This document shows positions 26,440 to 40,801 of a stretch of 64,000 nt of DNA, in pieces; position 1 is the first letter of the stretch; every line of letters begins with the position of its first letter. This DNA is from Eledone cirrhosa (taxonomy: Eukaryota). The notes beneath the pieces were generated by a model. It saw nothing but the letters and a program-made list of their open reading frames with translations. It did no database searches and was not told the DNA's origin. A program made the translations under genes and the position numbers. Where the stretch lies: NCBI GenBank assembly GCA_964016885.1, contig OZ024751.1, forward strand, positions 19,592,001-19,656,000. The letters are read 5' to 3'.

Positions 26440-26828
26440 TATGCAATGAGTTATTTAATTTGTTGGTTATTTAACAAATTTAGTTTATAACAGATTCGAA
26501 CCACTCTACAAGATTCTTCTGGAGTATAATATCAATAATATTAATAAATGGAAACTATCTTTATAAAACCATATTTATTTTATTATATATATTTCAAGGA
26601 TACCAAAAAACTTTGGTACGCACTCATCAGATAAAATATAAAAGTTGTTTTACAGATAGTGACATATTCAAAACAAGAACTTATCGTTTTAAGTTATGCT
26701 TGAATATTTTATATATTATATATTATATTTAATCAGATGAGAGCGTACCAAAAATGTTGGTACCCTTGAAATATATATAATAAAATAAATATGGTTTTAT
26801 AAAGATAGTTTCCATTTATTAATATTAT
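26440..26828. mobile_element. AT-rich fold-back element with hammerhead motifs; related copy at ~27424-27690
   Basis: Arms ~26535-26640 and ~26724-26828. Minus-strand HHR tattttat-CTGATGA...gtacca/tggtat...GAAA-tatata-T-A-ataaaata at 26576-26638. Plus-arm core is CAGATGA; third copy (27556-27620, minus) has core CCGATGA. Confidence 0.7.
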
Positions 26829-27038
26829 ATATATATATATATATATAAAATATTAAAAAAATAATGAATAAAACAATGTTTTATTCATTATTTTTTTAAT
26901 ATTTTATCTTGACTCTGTATTCCGTTTATCTTTCACCGAAAGTGATTTTTCATTGCATCTCTTCTTTCCATGATATCCGGATTACATTGAGTTCTTCATA
27001 CGGATTGGACACTACCGTAAACTCTTGGTAGATTTATC

Positions 27039-27103
<65 letters not shown>

Positions 27104-27210
27104 CTAGACAGAATTGCTTCTTCATCATACACTCTCATCTCGGGAACAATTTTGAATGGCGCCAGTTCGTGATTTGAACTCGGGAATTTTATATTCTCCG
27201 AGCGAAAAGA

Positions 27211-27295
27211 ACCCTCTGACGAAAGTCTTTCTTTTCAATGGATTTCCGCATGGATTATCCGTTTATTTTGAGACTTGAAACCGTGCGGTAAGGGT
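27211..27295 (+). ncRNA. Intact type-I hammerhead motif with long stem II in a ~265-bp insert (27100-27365) between (TA)n tracts
   Basis: accct-CTGACGA-aagtct...(42 nt)...agactt-GAAA-ccg(tg)cgg-T-A-agggt; all core positions and three stems present. Confidence 0.8.
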
Positions 27296-27363
27296 AAATG
27301 TAGTAAGTACAGTAAACTTTTTAAAATTTATTTTAAAACTTTTTCTCTATTTGCTAAACCTTG

Positions 27364-27424
<61 letters not shown>

Positions 27425-29069
27425 AGAAGTTATATTTAATTTGTTGGGATTCCAACAAACTTAAAAGTTTATAACTGATATAGAGCACTCAACAGTTTAC
27501 TGGAGTAAATATTCAATATATTAATAAATGGAAACTATATTTATAAAACCATAATTATTTTATTATATATATTTCAAGGGCAACCAAGCCAATCTTGGTG
27601 CGCTTTCATCGGATAAAATACAAAATTTGTTTTATAAATAGTGACATAACCATGGAAAACAACTTTGACGGTTGAAAATTCGCTAAATATATATATATAT
27701 ATGCGTGTGTGTGTGTGTTATGTATACATGTATGTTATGTTATGTATGTATGTGAACATAAGGGAGCTACTTCATTGGCCTTAATGGTAGGGTCGACACC
27801 GACTCTGGCTGGTAGCCATATTGTTTTGTTGTTTCACAATTCAGCAGTCGGTTCTACGATAAGAAAGTCCTTCTCACATTCCAGTTGTTCCATTGTTGAT
27901 CACTTTTCTTTTTATTTTGTTCACACTAAACCGTATACACAACACCATCGACAATATCAAAGCCTATTATGCTGGTGTGGAAAGAATGTCATTTGGTTTA
28001 TTTTCAGCTAGCAAGTCAGTCGACTGTAACGTCCATTTGTTTATTCTGTGTGTTTAAATATTATTAAACGGATCTAGGTTTCGTTGCCCTACAGGCGTGA
28101 CAAATGAGACAAGCTGAAGATTGCAAGCTGATGAAGTATCGATTCCTTACCGATAGGTTTGTCGTAAGGGTGATGCTGTGGAAGAACCGGCTCTTCCAGC
28201 TCATCTCCCTTACCATCCTCCGGTGAAACGCCTTCTGCATTCTGTCCGCCAGGGCTGTGGGCCGGCCAGCAGCACGTGGGACTCCATTTGCTCACTATAA
28301 AGAGAGATGGGGGCGATGGCGGTGGGAGTTCGGCTCTTCCGTGTTAGGACACATTGCACCTGTCAAGAGTGTATATTGATGTAATTATCGCTAAAATGGT
28401 GATAAATATTCATCAAACGCTTATTATAATTTTCATTTGTCAGATTTGTCGTCGTACTTATAACGGTGGAGATTTCTGGTCTTCTATGTCACCAAACCCA
28501 CCTGCCTACTCACTGCTATCGGTATTGGTGGAGTTAGCTACTCGCAGACGTGTGCCGTGCGAGATGGGATGGATATTTCAATATATCTCCCTTGCTATGC
28601 TCTGGGGTAACTCTCTCTCCCTTTTGTTTGCTGGGACCATTAGGTGACTTGTGTCTGAGGTTCTGTGAAGAAAAAACTGCAATTCCGTGGGCGGCTGAGA
28701 ACACTGAAGACCCAAAGGCTTTGAAATCTCTTGAAATTTAACTAACATTTATTTATGATAAAAACTGTATAAACATGATATTATTTACAGTAACAATAAT
28801 AATTGTTTCTACTTTTGGCACAAGACCAGCAATTACCCAGTGTATTACGGGTACTTTATTTTATCGACTCCGTAAGGATGAAAGGCAAAGTTAACCTCGG
28901 CAGGATTTGAACTCAGACCGTAAAGGGACGTAACTCTATGCTTCAAAGCATGGTGTCCGACTCTCTACCGATACTGCCAATCCATAATAATGGTTTCTTT
29001 ATTGGCCACAAGGACTAACATGAAGAAAAACATTACAGGCGGCACAGAACGGTCTAGGACTATACAAAT

Positions 29070-29456
29070 GGGGTCTTGTAGTACTCTCAGTCGCCTCACG
29101 CTTCGGAAAACCGGGATAAACACTGGTCCGATTAACTTCCGAGCTTGAGACAGACTTTAACCCTGCGATGGACTGGCGTCCTGTCCAGGGGAAGTCTTAT
29201 GGTACTCTCAGTAACTTCACACCACGGGAAACCGAGATAAACACCGGTATGATGAGTCTCCGACCCCGAGACGGGCTTTAACCCTGGTATAGACTGGCGT
29301 CCTGTCCAGGGGGAGTCGTGTACTCTCAGTAACTTCACGTCACGGAAACTGGGATAAGCACCGGTCTGATGAGCATCCGAATTCGAGACAGGCTTTAACC
29401 CTGGGGTGGACTGGCGTCCTGTCCAGGGGAAGTCTTGTACTCTCAGTAACTTCCCG
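29070..29456 (+). repeat. ~120-bp tandem repeat derived from a SINE tail
   Basis: gactggcgtcctgtccagggg at 29171, 29292 and 29409; the same motif occurs in the tail of the SINE at 29866-30122. Confidence 0.8.
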
Positions 29457-29865
29457 TACTGTTGTCAGATGTAGTTGCGTCAAAAAACAAAAAGAACACC
29501 CGTAGACCAGGTAAATATTGTTTCTTCCCAGGTGTATCAACTCTGTTACTAGAAATTATTAAAGCCTCGTTTCAAACATTAACCATACATACGTGATCAG
29601 TTCATTTTCCCAAACTAACCAAACTATAGCGAACGTACATATATACATACATAATACATAAATACATACATATACATACATACATAATACATAAATACAT
29701 AAATACATAAATACATACATAATACATAAATACATACATATACATACATAAATACATACATATACATACATACATAATACATAAATACATAAATACATAC
29801 ATAATACATAAATACATACATATACATACGTACATACATAATACTAAAAAAGTCTAAAGTCTGTC

Positions 29866-30122
29866 TTAAGCCAGAAGGCTCATTTGGCCGGTGCTTATCC
29901 CGGTTTCATGGCGTGAAGAGTACAAGACTCCCCCCTGGACAGGACGCCAGTCCATCGCAGGGTTAAACCTCCAGCTATTGCTGGTACTTATTTTCAGCTG
30001 AGTATACTGGAGCAACGTGAAATGAAGTGTTTTGCTCAAGAACACAACACGCAACCCAGGAATCGAGCCCACGACATTATGATCGTAAGTCCAACACCCT
30101 TAATACTGGGCTACGTGCCTCC
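29866..30122 (-). mobile_element. tRNA-derived CORE-type SINE
   Basis: Reverse complement: A-box-like tagcccagtattaagg, B-box-like ggctcgattcc, CORE-like gtgttcttgagcaaaacacttcatttcac, tail taaccctgcgatggactggcgtcctgtccagg. Related heads at ~34520-34630, ~41270-41350 and ~43705-43880. Confidence 0.7.
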
Positions 30123-30669
30123 ACTCATACATAATACACTCATACATAATACATACTACCACCACACACAAACACACATACTACATAATACATGACTTTC
30201 GGAAACATTTTTTCACGCTCAGAGTTTCTGAAGGATGGAACAAACTACCCGCGTCAGTTGTTAGCTGCCAAGACACTGCATCCTTTAAAACCCTCATGCC
30301 TCCCGAAATTCGCCAAAACTACACCTTATGTACCCCTTCCATACACACGCACACATGTGTATATCATGACTCATGCACTGTTCATTTTCCTGACGTTTGT
30401 ACATTACCCTATGTACTATACATACACTTTTTGATGAGTTGTAGTGCACCTGAGCACTGTACACAATATTTCATTATTATTATTATTATTATTATTATTG
30501 GCAAAGGGCGGTGGACTGGCAGTATCGGTAGAGGGTCGGACGCCATGCTTTCCAGCACAGTTACGTCCATTTCTCAAAGACGTGTGTGTGTTCAGAAACT
30601 ACTGAAAACTAGGTGACAGGTAATAAATTAAAAATGCCACATATAATATGATAGTAGCGGTGTTGGATT

Positions 30670-30865
30670 ATGATCATAACGGTTGACGAATGGCTTGTGA
30701 GGGCTATACAAGCCATGTATAAAGAAACAGTCAGCAAGGTTAGAATTAACAACGAATATAGTGAAGAGTTTAGCGTAAAAGTTGGCGTCCATCAGGGCTC
30801 TGTTCTCAGCCCCCTACTATTTATTATTGCCCTTCAGGCTATAACAGAGGAGTTCAAGACAGGCA
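30670..30865 (+). mobile_element. RTE-like LINE reverse transcriptase fragment
   Basis: EWLVRAIQAMY...VRINNEYSEEFSVKVGVHQGSVLSPLLFII. Confidence 0.85.
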
Positions 30866-31699
30866 TGTATGTGTATGTGTGTGTCTATGTGTATATCTGT
30901 GTATGTCTGTGTGTCAGTGTGTAAGTGTATGTCTGTGTCAGTGTGTGTATGTCTGTGTGTGTAAGTGTGTCTGTGTCAGTGTGTGTAAGTGTATGTCTGT
31001 GTGTGTAAGTGTGTCTGTGTCTGTGTGTGTAAGTGTATGTCTGTGTCAGTGTGTGTATGTCTGTGTGTGTAAGTGTATGTCTGTGTCAGTGTGTGTAAGT
31101 GTGTCTGTGTGTGTAAGTGTGTCTGTATCAGTGTGTATGTATGTATGTATGTGTGTATGTGTGTATATGTGTATGTCTGTGTGTCAGTGTGTCTGTGTGT
31201 AAGTGTATGTCTGTGTCAGTGTGTGTATGTCTGTGTGTGTGTCTGTGTGTGTGTATGTATCTGTGTCTGTGTCAGTGTTTGTCTGTGTCAGTGTGTATCT
31301 GTGTGTCTATGTACCTGTGTGTCAGTGTGTGTGTCTGTGTGTAAGTGTATGTGGCTGTTTCTGTGTGTGTGTATGTGTCTTTGTCACTGTGTCTGTGTCA
31401 GTGTGTGTATGTGCTGTGTGTATGTGAGTGTGTGTTGTATGTATGTGTGTGTGTGAGAGAGTGCGTATGTGTGTGTAAGTGTATGTGAGTGTGTCTGTGT
31501 GTGAGTGTGTGTATGTCTGTGTGTGTATGTAAGTGTATGTGTCAGTGTGTAAGTGTATCTGAGTGTGTCTGTGTGTGAATGTTTGTGTGTGTGTGTGTGA
31601 TGAGTGTCATACTGGAAACACAACTATTTTATCATTTATCTAGTGACCTTCTTTGTTCTTCATATTTCTTTATTTGTTCTTTAGACTTAGTTTGGAACA

Positions 31700-31860
31700 A
31701 AAGCTTTCCTACATCGCTGGGCGTATCAATGTTTCGGGGATTTCACAGCCCCGTCTTCAGAATCAAAACGGTCATGTTGAGTGGCACTTTAATTTGATTC
31801 TGATGATGGGGCTCTGAAAGCCTCAAAACTTCAATGCAGACGTTGATCTAGGAAGGTTGT
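31700..31860. repeat. Degenerate inverted pair of hammerhead-like motifs
   Basis: Minus strand: tttgatt-CTGAAGA-cgggg(ctgtgaaat)cccc-GAAAC. Plus strand: tttgatt-CTGATGA-tggggctctgaaagcctc-AAAAC. Stems I and III decayed. Confidence 0.5.
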
Positions 31861-33035
31861 TGACAAAACAAAAGAATTAAATCATAAAGATTTAATAAGG
31901 AAATGTCTTTTAAAAAATCCTTAATGAAAAAGAAAATTAAACTGAAGTACAATCGCTATTTCAATATATGTTAGAAAGAAAAAACTGCTCCTTACTCCCT
32001 ATTTATACATATATATGTATGTGTGTATGTATATATATATATTTACACACACAAATATATATATATAAACACCAAGGATGACGTTTTATAAAAGAAATTT
32101 ATTTATTGGACTGTGTGTGTGTGTGTGTTGTATGTGTATATATGTATCTATGTATGTGTATATATATATATATGTGTGTATATATGCATGTGTGTGTGTG
32201 TATATAAATATATCACACATAAATTTTGAGTTCAATCAGAGAAATTTAATAAAACACAATAAAAACAAAACAAAACAATATCAAAAAAAGAAAAAAAGAG
32301 CTGACAACAATATCATCAGCACCAGTGACACCAACACTACCAACACCATCACTAATAACATCAATACCTACACCACAACCAACACCTACAACTCCAACAA
32401 CACCATCTACACTACCTCCAACACCAACAACACTACCTCCACCACTAACAACACCAACAATCTCCATGATGACCAACACCACTAACACTACTAACAACAC
32501 CAACACCCCTCAACACCACCACTACTAACAACACCACCTCAACACCAGCACCACCATCACTACTAACAACACCATCATCACCACCAACACCCCTTCAACA
32601 CCACTAACAACACCAGCACCACCATCACTAACATCACCAACACCCCCTCAACACCAGCACCACCAACACCACCACCATCACTACTAACAACACCAACACC
32701 CCCTCAACACCACTAACACCAGCACCACCATCACTACAAACACCAACACTACCCCCCCCCCCCCCCTCAACATCAGCACCCCCATCACTACTAACAACAC
32801 CAACACCCCTAACAACACCAGCACCACCATCACCACTAACAACACCAACACCACCATCACTACTAACAACACCAACACTACCAACACCCCCTCAACACCA
32901 CTAACAACAGCAACATCATCACCATCACCTCATGTCCAAGTCTTTACACGATTAATAGAGGTGGCCCTGATCGAGCAACAGTAATTGTATATGACAAAGG
33001 TCATATGTATTATATACATTATATTATATATACTG

Positions 33036-33071
<36 letters not shown>

Positions 33072-33279
33072 TATTACATATATTTTTGGTATATCTGTAA
33101 AATAACCTGTATGGCAACTCTTCATTTCACATATTTTGTTGACTGAAGAAAAGTCATTCACTAAGAAATGTCATTGTCTTTCAGTTTGTTTTTTTTTTTG
33201 TTTTTTTTTTGGAGGGGGTGGTATTGGTTAGGAGGTTCAGTCGTCTTTGATATAAATATATATATATATAGAAATATAT

Positions 33280-33319
<40 letters not shown>

Positions 33320-33385
33320 GAAAATTAACGAACAAAACACAGGAGGCAGTTGTAGTTATATTAGGTTCTTATATATATATATATT

Positions 33386-33435
<50 letters not shown>

Positions 33436-33511
33436 CACTTAAGGCCTAAGTCTCATTTTGTGAGGGATGCAAATCAAATCACCTAAAAATAGTCATTGGC
33501 AGATAGATGTA

Positions 33512-33519
<8 letters not shown>

Positions 33520-33546
<27 letters not shown>

Positions 33547-34160
33547 CATAAATAAATATATATATATATATATACATAAATAAATATATATATATATATA
33601 TACATAAATAAATATATATATATATATATATACATAAATAAATATATATATATACATAAATAAATAAATATATATATATATATATATAAATAAATATATA
33701 TATATACATAAATAAATATATATATATATATATACATAAATAAATATATATATATATATATACATAAATAAATATATATATATATACATAAATAAATATA
33801 TATATATATATACATAAATAAATATATATATATATATATATACATAAATAAATAAATATATATATATATATACATAAATAAATATATATATATATATATA
33901 TATATACATAAATAAATATATATATACATAAATAAATATATATATATATATATACATAAATAAATATATATATATATATACATAAATAAATATATATATA
34001 TATATATATATATACATAAATAAATATATATATATATATATATATACATAAATAAATATATATATATATATATATATACATAAATAAATATATATATATA
34101 TATATATACATAAATAAATATATATATATATATACATAAATAAATATATATATATATACA
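33520..34160. repeat. (TA)n-CATAAATAAA compound satellite
   Basis: Direct reading. Confidence 0.9.
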
Positions 34161-34437
34161 TATAGACACATATCATCATCATCTTCGTTTAACGTCCATT
34201 TTCCACGCTAGCACGGGTTAGAATATATAAATACATATATGCTAGCATGGAAGAACGGACGTAAAACGATGATGATGATGATGATATACACACACACACA
34301 CACATATATATAAATATATATATATATATATACACACATATATAAATATAGGTAAAGGAAAGAAGAGTACTCTATGTATTGTACAGAGCTATTTAATTAC
34401 ATAATCATGTTTATTATGTAACTGAATATATATATAA

Positions 34438-34509
<72 letters not shown>

Positions 34510-35622
34510 ATGTGAATGTACAAAGTGAAATATGTTTTGCTCAGACACAACACACTGCTCGGCCCAAGAATCGAATTCACAACCTCACGATTATGAGCCA
34601 AATGCTTTAACCAGTAAGCCATGCACCTTCTCGTATATGTGTGTGTGTGTCAGTCAGTCAGTGTATGTATGCATGGGTACAGGCACGTGCCTCTGTCTCC
34701 TTGTCTATGTGTATGTGGGTACGTATGTATGTGTGTGATTATGACCCACTTTCTTCTTCCTCCTATTAAAAATGTTTTTAGTTAATTCTCATCTGGTCAC
34801 CATTCCAGTTTAATTTACTAGAAACTCCTGACCCAGGAGCAATGCATTAGTAAATATTTGTAAGAGAAAGAGTGGATATAATATTACTACACCAGTTTAT
34901 TACTGGTAAGAATCTTTATTTATCTACTGAAGAAATATTAGGAAAAACTGCCCTGCATGGGATTTGAACTGGAAGTGCAGAGAACCAGACAAATGCTTTG
35001 AAGACTTTGACAATTCACTGACGCCTTTCCTCACGCCAGCAACATTTACAGTGTGGACTTAGCGCCTTTTGCTGTGACTCCAGCATGATCACTTTACAGT
35101 GTAGACAGGGCGCTTTTTGTCAAGACACCAACATGATCACTTTACAGTGTGGACTTAGCGCCTTTTGCTGTGACTCCAACACGACGACTCAACAGTGAGA
35201 ACAGGGCACTTTTTGTTGTGTCACCAACACGACCACTGTTACAGAATGCCCTAATTAAATACCACAATGAATTTTGTTCAATATTTTACCGATTCTGCCA
35301 ATCCACTGCCCTTCTTCTCTGCAATGTACAGAAACTTAAATGGGAAAGGAAAAAACACATATATAAAACCAAAAACAACAACTATTTACAATAAATTTTA
35401 TTCACAAGAGAAAAAGAAGGAGAGAAAGAGAAATATATATATATATACATACACATACATATATACATACACATACATATATACACATACATATATATAT
35501 ATACATATCTATATACATACACATATATATATACACATACATATATATATATATACATACATATACATACACACATACATATATATATACATACATATAC
35601 ATACATACACATATATATACAT

Positions 35623-35655
<33 letters not shown>

Positions 35656-35979
35656 CGTATCTGAACCATATAGTTTTTTCACATTTTTCTGTCATTTTTT
35701 TTTCCTTTTGTATAGTCATCATCATCATCATCTTCGTCGGCATCATAATCATCATAATTTTTAAAAAATCATTTTAAAAATATTATGACAATTTAAAAAT
35801 AATAAAAATAGTTAAAAGGTAAAACGCTTTGTTTTTGTTTGTCTTATCTGAATATTTTACACCCACATTTTTTTGTTGTTTTTTTTTTTAAGTGGTGATA
35901 AAAAAAAAAAAAATCAACAACAAAACAAAAATAGCTGAAATCTAAAGAAAGATTTTTTTTTTAGGAAAGTGTTTGGAAG

Positions 35980-36933
35980 CAGGGCTGGCGCTACTAATAA
36001 TTGTTTCTACTTTTAGCACAAGGCCAGCAATTACCCCAGTGCATTACTGGTACTTTATTTTATCGACCCCGTAAGGATGAAAGGCAAAGTTAACCTCGGT
36101 AGGATTTGAACTCAGAACGTAAAGGGCCGTAACTCTATGCTGCAAAGCATGGCGTCTGACGCTCTGCCAATCCACTGCTGGTGCTACTAATAATTGTTTC
36201 TACTTTTGGCACAAGGCCAGCAATTTTATCCACCCTGCAAAGGTAACCTCGGCGAGATTTTAACTCAGCAAGTAAAGGGCCATAACTCTATGCTGCAATA
36301 ATGCCAACTAGCCAGCCACATACGCCGTATTACTGAGTATTAAATGATCACAGTGTTATAGGAATTTGTATCTAATTAAACTAAATAATATAATAATTTC
36401 CTGCAACCTATTTAACATTACTAAGCATGTTTACCACATAGTAACATAATGTGATGGAGAGGATAGTATGTTGTGATCTGTAACAGGATTTGTGAGTGAC
36501 TCTGGACTGTTCTTCATCATCATCATCATCATCACTGTTTAAAGTCCATTGTTCCATGCTTGCATGGGTCAACGGGTCGTCCTTGCGAAAGACAAGTCTG
36601 ACCAGGAGTGGCTATGCCGTACTTTGCTCTGACAGGACTGTAAATTTAGCCAGGGTTTTTTTTTACAGCTGGATGCCCTTCCTAACACCAACTACATTTA
36701 TAATGTGGGACAGGAGGGCCCACACTGTAAATGTGGTTGGTGTTAGGTAGGGCAAACAGCTGCGTAGTAGAAAATGCAGGCTTTGTAATTTTCTCAGTGT
36801 GATCAGAGAAAGTGAAAGAAATTAGGTTTGTCAGCTTAGCAAACTATAAACTAAAATCATTTAATTTGGCAGAATGTAGTATCATTTGTAGAGCTCTAGC
36901 CTAGGGTACTAAATACCCAGCTGCTAGCCCCTG
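35980..36933. mobile_element. Non-autonomous hAT-type element with nested SINEs
   Basis: Ends cagggctggc / gctagcccctg flanked by the 8-bp direct repeat tttggaag (35972-35979 and 36934-36941). Contains SINEs at ~35995-36300 and ~36515-36750. Confidence 0.6.
36515..36750 (-). mobile_element. SINE with RTE-like (GAT)n tail, Ceph-SINE-like; fragments also at ~34170-34285, 38415-38530, 45770-45870 and 46790-46865
   Basis: Shared motifs ggaagggcatccagc and ccatgc(t/a)agcatgga...aaacgatgatgatg. Confidence 0.6.
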
Positions 36934-37431
36934 TTTGGAAGTCATGCTGAATTATTAGGGAACACAAAATTCTATAAAAACTGTAGACAGCTTCTAATAT
37001 GATGAAATTATGAAAGAAATCGTTTGAAGTACTTTGTGGCTGGACTGGAATAGAGGGGGTTAAGAACGACATTATTATACAATGGTTGGTTGGTTGGTTG
37101 ATAAAGGCTGTAAGAGAAGTGAAGGGAGGTCTTGAAAGTCATTGCTATCCTATCCTTGTACTGAGGAGCAATAATCTTCCATACAGCAAATTATGTGATA
37201 AGGTAGCAGCAAGAAAGTTAACATACATTATATATATATACATACACACACATATATATATATATACATAGACAATATCCCAGACCTCATTTGCATAGAA
37301 AGATGGGGTGGAACTCATCAAATCAGACCAAGGATACAATGTTTCTATTGGTCTTTCAAGCACCACTAAGCCATGTGCCTTCACACACACATATATGCAA
37401 ATGTATACATGCATACACATGTATGTGTGTG

Positions 37432-37465
<34 letters not shown>

Positions 37466-39299
37466 TACAAACATACATACATCCACACATGTGTGTGAGT
37501 GTGTATGTGTTTTATTGTGAACTGAAAGTTTACAGTGTACTTTGCTCTGGACTAACACATACCATATCCACATAATACAATAATATAAGGTGTTCCAACC
37601 ATGACCTTTGCATCTACCTTCCACCCATTTTGGGGGTTTTTTCTTGATAGTACATCTAAGACAACATTACCCAACATTTGATTCCAGGAAGATTTGGTAG
37701 CTATTTCTAGCAGGTCAAGTCATCAGTGTTGGTTAAACTTGCAAAATATGTTTATAGCTGCCCATCCCTTGAGAGCCATGGAATAGACAGACACAATGAT
37801 TAAAGGACAGGCCAGCTGTAATCATCTCATCTTTTTTATTTTGTTTCCATGACATCATCATTCAAGTGTTCTTCCATTTTTTATGACAGGTTATTTGTGA
37901 GAGACTTGGCTGTTATTTTTAGCAGGGCCAGCATCCATCCTTATTTTGTAGGAACCTGTCCTCAATGTCCGTGTTTAAGGGTGATTTGGCTGCTATTTTT
38001 AGCAGGGCAGCATCCTCCCTCATTTTGTAAAACGCTGTCCTAAATGTTGGTGCTTAAGATAAATGACCTATTAAAATAAAACACAGAAAAATTCCACAGA
38101 ATCAATGACCTTCCCATTTCACTGTTTGCCAAAGCAGACTTTGGCCAGCCACAGGAATCCATTCTCTAAAGGTTCCTGGTTGAAATGTTGAGATTCTTTT
38201 CTCATGAAATGTGAAAAAAAAAAAAATATTGAAAAAAAAACATAAAACAAAAAAAAAAAAACTACAGCTGTCACTTGAAATCGAGTATGACTTGGTAGTA
38301 AGTATCATACTTCCACTAAGACTTTGAAGTGCTCATGCAGTCAAGAGCCAACACAGACACCCTCTTAACCTTCCCTCCCTTGATCCAGTAGAACAACCAG
38401 GATATGCTGACGGCTATTTTTTCCATGCTAGCATTGGTTAGACGGGTTGTTCCATTTGAGGTAAATTGGGTCAGGTGCCTGTTTCTGGCTAGGTTGCTTT
38501 GGCTGGATGCCCTTCCTAATGCCAACCACACACACATATATGTGTATGTATATATATATATAACCGCCTTTTTTTCTCATGTCACATTAAAATTATGGTT
38601 GTCATAACAAGGTAAAAATGCCTTTTGATGTGTTTCACTTTTAACCTAAGTTCAAATCTTACAAACTTTGACTTTTGTCCTGAAATTAATAACCTAAATA
38701 TCAATTATATAAAGGGGTTGTTGACCAACGCTTCCTTACAAATCTGCAGTCTTGTGTTAGAGTCCAGAAATTATTATTATTATTATTATTATTGTTGTTG
38801 TTGTTAGCATGGTAGATTAGCAGTATTGGTAGTGTCGGAGAACATGGTTTGCAGCATAAGTTTAAGGTCCTTTATGTTCTGAGTTCGAATACTGCTAAGA
38901 TTAGCTTTGTCTTTCATCCTTATGGGGTCAATTTAATTGACCCCCCCCCCCCCCCCCAAATTATTGGCCTTATGTCTATAGTAATCATTATTATTATTGG
39001 AATGGTAGATAGGTAGTAACAGACATCATGCTTTGCAGCATAAGGTTAAGGTTCTTTATTTTCTGAGTTCAAATCTTGCTAAGAATAGCTTTGTCTTTCA
39101 TCCTTTTGGGGGTCGATCCTCCCTGAAAATTGTTGGCCTTGTGCCAAAAGTGGAAACAATTATTATTATTGAAGTTGTTATAATAAAGTCTGGCCCTGGC
39201 TAGATTCCAATTTCACCATATGCATTCTGAATTCAAACACCACCAGGGTCAGCTTTGATGAGAAACTTGGGGTCACAAAAGTTACTGAATTGGGAACAG

Positions 39300-39470
39300 A
39301 CTTAAATTGTTGCAGTCTGATTTTATGCCATGTCGAGACACTACTAATGCCCCCTTCCTTGTGAAACAATTACAGGGGAAGTACTTAGATATGAGTAAAC
39401 CTCTGTACCTAGCTTTTCTGGATCTGAAGAAGGCCTTTAACAGAGTCCACCTGCTCTGTAATCTGGTGGC
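39300..39470 (+). mobile_element. RTE-like LINE reverse transcriptase fragment (decayed)
   Basis: LQSDFMPCRDTTNAPFLVKQLQGKY...PLYLAFLDLKKAFNRV, a decayed QFGFMPGR.TTDAIF...FVDLEKAFDRV. Confidence 0.75.
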
Positions 39471-39620
39471 TGCTATATATGTATACACATATACACATAT
39501 ATATAACTGACACTCTGTTGGTTATGAGTGAGTATTTCAGATGGTGTGATCAACAGAACAGCCTGCTTGTGAAATTAATGTGCTAGTGGCTGAGCATTTA
39601 ACAAACACATATACTCTTAA

Positions 39621-39818
39621 CCCTTTAGCATTCACATTACTCTATATATACTATTATATTTTCATGGTAAAGGGTTTACCTCACATAATATCGAATCTAT
39701 AAGATTTTGAAAGTAATTATTTTGAGAACAATACCTTAACATCAGTTTGAGTGACCAGTTACAGCCAGTTTCAACAGAAAAATGTAGAGAATTCTGGCCG
39801 GTTTTGAACATTAAAGGG
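39621..39818. mobile_element. piggyBac-type MITE inserted in a SINE
   Basis: TTAA|CCCTTTAG...TAAAGGG|TTAA; both flanks resemble the SINE at 20837-21215. Confidence 0.75.
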
Positions 39819-39952
39819 TTAACGCAGTTCTCAGCGAGATTGAGCAATACATATATATGGTTCTGTATGTTGTGTTGAGCGACTTAAATGTTATACATCT
39901 AATTCTATGTATGTAAGTTTTGTCTTTTTGTTTTATCATTAAGATACTCCAA

Positions 39953-40224
39953 GGACAGTGTTTAACCATCTTGTTAGACACAGTGACCCCATATCAATCA
40001 GCAGTACTAGTGGTAGGGGGGGACAGTGTTTAACCATCTTGTTAGACACAGTGACCCCATATGAATCAACAGTACTAGTGGTAGGAGGGACAGTATTTAA
40101 CCATCTTGTTAGACACAATGACCCCATATCAATCAGCCAGTACTAGTGGTAGGGGGGGACAGTGTTTAACTATCTTGTTAGATATAATAACCTCATATCA
40201 ATCAGCAGTACTAGTGGTAGGGGT
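39953..40224. repeat. ~68-bp tandem repeat x4
   Basis: Unit ggacagtgtttaaccatcttgttagacacagtgaccccatatcaatcagcagtactagtggtagggg. Confidence 0.9.
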
Positions 40225-40751
40225 TGAAACTGCAGTACTTCCATTTTGACAGCTGATGACCATGGAGATTTCTTAAATTCTTTTTTTTTTTTTTTTATTG
40301 CCTATATATATATAGAGAGAGAAAAGATATGTGATTGTAGTGCAGTACTTTATTTTCTTTGGTAAGATGAGATAAGCTTAATACACATTACCATCCTCAG
40401 TTTCTCAGGAGTACAAACTGGACGATTAAGTTATCGAGTTATTAAAATATCCTGTTGTTAAGGGCAGTTCAGGTAGCATTTAAAATTCAAAATTATAAAA
40501 ACAAATCAAAAAAAAAACGAAGGATATGAAATTATTATTAATTCTTTCATAAATAATAATTTCATATCCTTAACATTTTTTATACATTTGAATGAATATA
40601 TATATATATATATATATAGGAAGAGTCAGGACCCCGACTAGTGAGCTCTGGCTGTTTCAACAGCTAGATTCCTATTACCCACTCTACTACCCTAAGTATT
40701 AAGTACTCTGGTGCGTTATGGTCCATCTGGTATCTTACCACAACCTCCTTG

Positions 40752-40801
<50 letters not shown>

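Noticed and set aside
28025-28470. Possible solo LTR (starts tgtaac, internal tataaa, ends ttataac)
   Set aside because: No terminal CA, TSD, clear PBS or second copy; insufficient support.
33479-34182. 220-230-aa YI-rich ORFs
   Set aside because: (TA)n satellite artefacts.
39953-40224. Regularly spaced repeats resembling a CRISPR array (also 44870-45510)
   Set aside because: Whole units repeat with no unique spacers, there are no cas genes, and the context is eukaryotic.
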